Below, in pieces: positions 48,104-53,515 of a stretch of DNA of 53,515 nucleotides. Each line of letters starts with the position of its first letter. Positions within the stretch are counted from its first letter, which is position 1. Position numbers and translations under genes: made by a program. Source of the DNA: a virus (lineage: Duplodnaviria > Caudoviricetes); the IMG/VR virus record IMGVR_UViG_3300029267_001921, positions 1-53,515 of that record. One strand, given 5' to 3'. The notes below the pieces were generated by a model. It made no database searches and had not been told where the DNA came from. It was given only the letters and a program-made list of their open reading frames with translations.

Positions 48104-50833
48104 TTGATGGGATTGAAAAATTATATACATCAATTGATTTTGAGTTCAAAGAAAAATAAACTATACCAAACCCAATTTCAAAACCTTCCCTTCCAATACG
48201 CAGTAATTCCATTTCAGAAAATTTATTTCTCATTTCCAGAAAGATTGGTTAAAGATAAATATGATATTCCTTTTTTGTTAATTTGGGAGAATGCGGATAA
48301 AGAGGGGATATACTTTTATTCATTTGCTGATTTATTAATTGGTGAAGTTGCTGGTAGACAGCGTGAACCCAAAGAATTTATTTTAGATGAGAATGTTTAT
48401 TACATAAATCAATATTTTCCTAAACCAATTGAAAAATTTGATGAAAGACAAATGTTTGCTCTTCTTGATGGTTCTTATTGGGGTATGCACAATAAATACT
48501 CCGATGTTTATGCAGAAATGAATTATTTATTTAAGACATATAGAGATAAATTTGATGACAAACGGTATAAACAAATAATTAAAAATTTCGATTGGTATTT
48601 CTATATTGAGAAAAAAGATTATGACAAAATGATGCGAACGCTACAAGAACATGCAGGGATGATTAAAAAATGTGAAGAGGACGGAAAATGGATGAGAGTT
48701 TATGCTAAATATATGGCTGGTTGGGAATGGTTTAAAAGGAAAGATGCAGCCAGAACATTAATAGAAAAATTAGATGGAAAGATACAAACATATGAAGGTG
48801 ATATTGATCCAGCAATGAGATACACAATTGATACTAATCTCTCCATTGAAACAAATTTAAAAATTCTTTATTATGATATTGAGACAGACGACACAACGAA
48901 TGAAATTGTAATAGGAAAGGATAGAATATTATCCATTGCTGGTGTTGATAGGGATGGTTTAGAATATTTTAAATGCACAAACAATGAGAAAACACTTTTA
49001 AATGATTTTACTACTTATATAAAAAATTATGATTTAATTGTTGGTTATAACAATTACAATTTTGATGATGCCTATATAATGGACAGGTGTAGGTTGTATA
49101 AATCTTATTATAAACCACATCATAGGGATTGGCGCATTGGTAGAATAGACATGATGCGTAGAATAATTGGTACATTTGGGCGTTTATCAGGGTTGAGCCG
49201 TTTTAGTTTAGAGCATGTATCCCAACATTATTTAGGGAAAGGAAAGGTAGAAAAGAATAAAAAAATTATTGATTTGTATAAAAATGATAGAGGGTTGTTG
49301 AGGGAATACAATTTAACAGACTGTTATTTGGTTAAAGAACTTGATGAAAAATTAGGTGTTGTGGATTTAATGGTTGCAATGTGTGAATGGACAGGATCAT
49401 TTGTTACACTTTTTAAACCGACCTATAATGTTTCGGGTGTTTCTGTTTCTCAACCGTTAGATATGTTTATATTACGCAAGGCAAAGAAAGAAGAAATACA
49501 CTACAAAACAGCAACATGGAAGAAAAATGAGGAGGATAGATATGAGGGTGCTCATATTTTTGAACCTAATCCGGGTATCTACAAAGATGTCCATATATTT
49601 GACTTCAAGAGTTTGTACCCGACTATTATTTGGAGTTGGAGGATTAGCCCTGAAAACCTTAAAAGGAGAGTAGGTGGATTTCAAATTAAGGAGGATATAA
49701 TTAGGGCAGCAAATGATATTAAATTTTATAAGTATAGGAAGGCAATATTTCCTCTTTTAGTGCAGGAGTTAATGACAGCAAGAAAAGAGTATAAAGCATT
49801 AATGACAAAATGTAATGCGGATTCAACTGAATATAAAAAATATAATATGATGCAATTGGTTACAAAAGAAATTACAAATGCTCTTTATGGTCAAATAGGT
49901 CAAAGGGGAAATAGGTATTTTGACACAAGTGTAGCGGAGGCAGTCACAAGTGCAGGTAGATTTCTTTTGAAAAAGACAAAGACTTTATGTGAGGAAATGG
50001 GATTAAGTGTTATTTATGGTGACACTGATTCCACGTTTGTTACAGGTTTAAAATTTAAACCAGAGTATTATATAAATGAGATAAATAGAAAGTTAAAAGG
50101 AATATTAAAAGAAGAATTTAATATTGATGAATCAATTGTGGAAATGGAATATGAAAAGAAATTATCAAAATTTATTTTAATTATGAAGAAAAATTATACT
50201 GGCTTGATGAGTGAGTTGGATGGGGAACCAGTTGATAGGGTTTTAATAAAAGGGTTGGAATGTATAAGAAAGTCTACAATTAATATAGCAAAGAAAGCAC
50301 AAAGACATTTAATTGAAACAATTTTGAGAAATGATTATTCAATCAACTATTATATAAACATGATTAATAAAATGAAGGAGGATTTCTATAAAAATGATCC
50401 ACCAATGGATGAGTTAGTTTTAAAGACATCAATTAGTAAATACCCACATGAGTTTAAAGTGACCAAACAACCCCATGTAAGGGTTGCGGAATGGCTAATA
50501 TCAAATAATTTAGAATTTTATGTTGGCATGCAAATACCATACATAATTGTTGATAAAAAGAATAGAGTTGAGGTTCATCCTTCAAAATATGAAGGAGTGT
50601 TTGATAAGGATTATTATTGGCAGCGTATTTATTCGCCATTGATGCGTATTTTAAGTGTTTGTTTTAAAGACCACGATTGGGCGCAATACGACACAATTGA
50701 AGCGGATAAAAGAGAAAGGAGGAAGAAAAGAGTAAAGAATAAAACCAGACAGAAAAAGATGTTTAAGGGGAAATTTGTAATTAAAGAAGGGAATTATAAT
50801 AAATTATTTAAAGGAGATGAAAATGCCATTTGA
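48104..50833 (+). CDS. polB: Family B DNA polymerase with 3'-5' exonuclease
   Basis: ExoI YDIET, ExoII YNNYNFD, ExoIII YNLTDC; polymerase motifs DFKSLYP, KEITNALYG, YGDTDS, KKNY and KGLE. Confidence 0.96.
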   Translation: MMGLKNYIHQLILSSKKNKLYQTQFQNLPFQYAVIPFQKIYFSFPERLVKDKYDIPFLLIWENADKEGIYFYSFADLLIGEVAGRQREPKEFILDENVYYINQYFPKPIEKFDERQMFALLDGSYWGMHNKYSDVYAEMNYLFKTYRDKFDDKRYKQIIKNFDWYFYIEKKDYDKMMRTLQEHAGMIKKCEEDGKWMRVYAKYMAGWEWFKRKDAARTLIEKLDGKIQTYEGDIDPAMRYTIDTNLSIETNLKILYYDIETDDTTNEIVIGKDRILSIAGVDRDGLEYFKCTNNEKTLLNDFTTYIKNYDLIVGYNNYNFDDAYIMDRCRLYKSYYKPHHRDWRIGRIDMMRRIIGTFGRLSGLSRFSLEHVSQHYLGKGKVEKNKKIIDLYKNDRGLLREYNLTDCYLVKELDEKLGVVDLMVAMCEWTGSFVTLFKPTYNVSGVSVSQPLDMFILRKAKKEEIHYKTATWKKNEEDRYEGAHIFEPNPGIYKDVHIFDFKSLYPTIIWSWRISPENLKRRVGGFQIKEDIIRAANDIKFYKYRKAIFPLLVQELMTARKEYKALMTKCNADSTEYKKYNMMQLVTKEITNALYGQIGQRGNRYFDTSVAEAVTSAGRFLLKKTKTLCEEMGLSVIYGDTDSTFVTGLKFKPEYYINEINRKLKGILKEEFNIDESIVEMEYEKKLSKFILIMKKNYTGLMSELDGEPVDRVLIKGLECIRKSTINIAKKAQRHLIETILRNDYSINYYINMINKMKEDFYKNDPPMDELVLKTSISKYPHEFKVTKQPHVRVAEWLISNNLEFYVGMQIPYIIVDKKNRVEVHPSKYEGVFDKDYYWQRIYSPLMRILSVCFKDHDWAQYDTIEADKRERRKKRVKNKTRQKKMFKGKFVIKEGNYNKLFKGDENAI

Positions 50834-51353
50834 GAGGAAGGAAATTAAAAATGATATTTTAGAAATGACAGACTTTAGTAAAGTTTTGCCAGAAATGACA
50901 ACACACCAGTTCGCAATGAAAATCCATGAAGAGGTTGTTAGGGATACTAAAATTGTTATGAATGAAAAGTCGCAGTTTGATATGGCAGATATTAACCGTA
51001 TTTTATCCCAATATCCTTCAAAATACGCATGGATTATTGTTATTGGCGAATTAATAAATGAGACATTTGAAAAAGAAGAGGACGAATATAATGACTGGTA
51101 TTCGGCAAAATATATTGAAGCAAGTGAAATGTTAGCAGGAAAACCCACTATAGACCGCATTAAGGCAGAAATGGTTGCAAAATTTGGTCCTGAAATCACA
51201 GAAAGAAAAAATAAAGTCAGAGATTTAAGGACAAAGGCAAACATAGCAAAAGGAATGGTCAGAGTATGGGGAAATGCAATTAACTCACTTCAATCGCTTA
51301 GCAAGAATATTGCAATTGAAATGGAAATGATTAAAAGAAATTTAGAGGTGTAA
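50817..51353 (+). CDS. Putative UvsY-like recombination mediator
   Basis: All-helical 178 aa with a KPTIDRIKAEM segment, located between the polymerase and SSB/RecA. Confidence 0.45.
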   Translation: MKMPFERKEIKNDILEMTDFSKVLPEMTTHQFAMKIHEEVVRDTKIVMNEKSQFDMADINRILSQYPSKYAWIIVIGELINETFEKEEDEYNDWYSAKYIEASEMLAGKPTIDRIKAEMVAKFGPEITERKNKVRDLRTKANIAKGMVRVWGNAINSLQSLSKNIAIEMEMIKRNLEV

Positions 51354-51354
51354 A

Positions 51355-51609
51355 ATGAATAATAGTCAAAATCCAAGAGTTAGTTTCACAATGTCATTTA
51401 ATGGTTTAATTGTAGGAGGCACATCGGAGTATCATCCTCAAAAGGTCAATATTTCAGTTACAAGAACAGTGGACTATATTGAGGGCGAAACACCAGAGCA
51501 AACACAAACAAGGGTTAACCAAACAGACAGTTTAGTAAAGTTATTGGCAGAAAAAATTGAAGACGATGTATCATCAAAGATTAAGCAAATAACAGACAAA
51601 TTAGTTTAA
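51355..51609 (+). CDS. Hypothetical protein
   Basis: 84 aa, RBS GAGGTG. Confidence 0.55.
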   Translation: MNNSQNPRVSFTMSFNGLIVGGTSEYHPQKVNISVTRTVDYIEGETPEQTQTRVNQTDSLVKLLAEKIEDDVSSKIKQITDKLV

Positions 51610-51675
51610 CCGAATTGGGTTATGGGCAAAAGGGCATTATAACCAACGTGTAATTATTTTAAAAAGGAGGACACA

Positions 51676-52863
51676 ATGGGAAGTTTAGTAGACATTTTAA
51701 CAGACACAAATCAATTTAAGTCAGGTGGAGGGGCGTCTAATTTAGCAGATTTGCATAGGAAAATTTTAAGACAAGGAGATAACCGTTTTAGAATTGTTGG
51801 TCAAGTAAAAGTATTTTGGGTCCACAGATTTGACGCAGCAAATGGTGTAAGGGTTATGTCAATTTGTACTAAAGATGAGAAAGGCGAAGGTGAATGTTTA
51901 GTTTGTAAAAAGTATAAGGATTCTTGGAAAATAATAAATGAAGTAGAAAAGGCACAAAAGAATAACACAACACATAATTTTAATGAAGATCAGGTTAGAA
52001 TGGCAGAAATAGAAGTAGGTCGAATTCCTAATCCTATTATTGGATTTAAACAAAGTTGTGGACCGAAAAGATTTGTTGTTTTCAATGTTGTAGATCGTGA
52101 TTCAGATACTAATATTAAAAATAATCATTGTTCTGTTTTATGTAAGAGTGAATATGATTTAGGTATAAGTGCAGGGCAGAGAAGTATTTATGAAGAAATT
52201 GTTAAATTAATGTCAAGGAATAGAGATGAAATAAAAAGACATATTGAGGGTGGATTTGATTACCTGCCTTTTGATATTAATTTAATAAGAAGTGGGCAAG
52301 GTATTAATACTGATTATGATAGAGAACGATCAGAGTCATTTGATTTAACAGATCAGGAAAAACAATATCAGCGTTATGATTTAACACAATTAACAACACC
52401 AACACCTGAAGGTATAGTTAATATGTGGTTAACCACTGGAACTAAGAAGGATAGAGATGAAGATAAACAAACCCAAACACCTGTTCAGCAACAGCCATAT
52501 CAACAGCCTAAACCAACGAAAGTTGCTCAACCTGTAGTTCAACCGCAACCAGCACAAACACAGTCAACACAACCATATGCAGCACCAGCACAACAACCAG
52601 TTCAGCAACCTGTAACACAACAACCTGTAACACAACAACCAGTAACACAGCAACCAGTAACACAGCAACCTGTAGTACAACAGCCAGTGCCGCAACAACC
52701 AGTTCAACAACCCATGCAACAAACAGTAGCGGTTCAGCAAAATACGGCTCAAATGGATGCTTGCCCAACTTGTAATAAATTAATTCCTGTTACATCGGCC
52801 AAGTGTCAACATTGTGGTGAGGAGTTTTCAAGTTATATACAAGAAGACAATATACCATATTAG
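51676..52863 (+). CDS. Single-stranded DNA-binding protein (T4 gp32-like) with a Q/P linker, Zn ribbon and acidic tip
   Basis: NRFRIV...FWVH...C...CLVC, RFVVFNVVDR and FDINLIRSGQGINTDY motifs; C-terminal CPTC...CQHC and EDNIPY; adjacent to recA. Confidence 0.7.
   Translation: MGSLVDILTDTNQFKSGGGASNLADLHRKILRQGDNRFRIVGQVKVFWVHRFDAANGVRVMSICTKDEKGEGECLVCKKYKDSWKIINEVEKAQKNNTTHNFNEDQVRMAEIEVGRIPNPIIGFKQSCGPKRFVVFNVVDRDSDTNIKNNHCSVLCKSEYDLGISAGQRSIYEEIVKLMSRNRDEIKRHIEGGFDYLPFDINLIRSGQGINTDYDRERSESFDLTDQEKQYQRYDLTQLTTPTPEGIVNMWLTTGTKKDRDEDKQTQTPVQQQPYQQPKPTKVAQPVVQPQPAQTQSTQPYAAPAQQPVQQPVTQQPVTQQPVTQQPVTQQPVVQQPVPQQPVQQPMQQTVAVQQNTAQMDACPTCNKLIPVTSAKCQHCGEEFSSYIQEDNIPY
52590..52712 (+). repeat. 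Imperfect 15-nt coding repeats (QQPVT/QQPV)
   Basis: CA(A/G)CA(A/G)CC(A/T)GT(A/T)ACA-type units in tandem. Confidence 0.9.
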
Positions 52864-52871
52864 GGGGCGTT

Positions 52872-53515
52872 ATGAGTTTGGAAAAGATAAAGAAATCAGT
52901 TATTAAAAAATATGGGGAAGGTACAGTTATGAATTTATCTGATTCCGCATCGAAACTTGTTAAGCCTATTTGTACAACTGGTTTCATGGAGTTGGATAGA
53001 GCAATAGGTATAGCAGGATACCCACTAGAACGTATGGTTGAAATATTTGGTCCGGAATCATGTATTGCTGGAGATTCTTATATTCCGTTTGAGGTGTGGT
53101 CTAAGGATGACAAGATAAGGAGAAATCATAAGGGTGGCACTATACGTAGATTGTATGAACGATTTAATAATTGTGTTTGCGATGAGTCGCCAAAACAGGG
53201 CAGACATTTGCAAAATAATGATTCTAAATTTTATGTGAAGTCTGTAAACGATGATAATTGTATTGTTAGGAATGAAATATTGGATGTTGTTAAGACAGGG
53301 ATTAAACGATGTTTTAGAGTAGAAACAGAAGATGGTCAAGTTCTTTATAGTACGGCGGAGCATAAATATTTGACACCGGATGGATTTTTTCCACTTGATA
53401 CTATTGAGGTTGGTAATGAAATTTTTGTGCATAACAACACAAGAGTTAAAGGTAGAAAGCGTCATCCTAATAAACCAGAGGTGTTTGTTAAATATCATCC
53501 TTTTGCACCTACAAA
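52872..53515 (+). CDS. recA: RecA recombinase with an intein, truncated by the window end (absent from the ORF track)
   Basis: MSLEKIKKSVIKKYGEGTVM...TTGFMELDRAIGIAGYPLERMVEIFGPES matches the RecA N-terminus; the frame stays open to the end. Confidence 0.93.
   Translation, partial: MSLEKIKKSVIKKYGEGTVMNLSDSASKLVKPICTTGFMELDRAIGIAGYPLERMVEIFGPESCIAGDSYIPFEVWSKDDKIRRNHKGGTIRRLYERFNNCVCDESPKQGRHLQNNDSKFYVKSVNDDNCIVRNEILDVVKTGIKRCFRVETEDGQVLYSTAEHKYLTPDGFFPLDTIEVGNEIFVHNNTRVKGRKRHPNKPEVFVKYHPFAPT
53061..53515 (+). mobile_element. Intein in the RecA Walker A motif (N-terminal part only)
   Basis: GPES is followed by CIAGDSYI (block A) and STAEHKYLTPDG (block B), then KYHPFA, which matches the start of the HNH domain in the helicase intein. 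Confidence 0.9.

Noticed and set aside
1-53515. Stop-codon reassignment
   Set aside because: Long genes are intact under the standard code, and TAA, TAG and TGA all terminate genes at sensible boundaries.

Overview
This 53.5 kb window is part of a large AT-rich tailed (myo-type) bacteriophage genome. All supported genes are on the + strand and read with the standard genetic code. Bases 1-18.2 kb hold the neck and contractile-tail module: head-tail connectors, an enlarged tail terminator, sheath, T4 gp19-type tube, a tail-assembly chaperone with a -1 frameshift signal, tape measure, tube initiator, hub, spike, gp25, baseplate J and a P2-I-type wedge protein. The module resembles eCIS (PVC/Afp-type) tails in several components. 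Bases 18.2-35.6 kb hold about 17 kb of modular fibre/receptor-binding genes, with internal duplications, a 43-aa repeat protein, shared N-terminal peptides and two tandem paralogous putative RBPs. Bases 35.6-39.4 kb are a lysis/membrane cluster with an NlpC/P60 peptidase, holin-like, lipoprotein and spanin-like candidates. A promoter- and palindrome-rich spacer (39.43-39.79 kb) then opens a replication/recombination block: SF2 helicase, candidate origin, DnaC-like loader, DnaB, primase, family B polymerase, UvsY-like protein, gp32-like SSB and RecA (cut by the window end). The most notable items are: two related inteins inserted in P-loop Walker A motifs (helicase, with an HNH nuclease, and RecA); the frameshift cassette; a 52-bp palindrome ahead of the replisome genes; two multi-stem intergenic RNAs in the late operon; and the modular RBP array. 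No tRNA, CRISPR array, integrase or reverse transcriptase was seen. All assignments come from reading motifs and gene order; no searches or folding programs were run.
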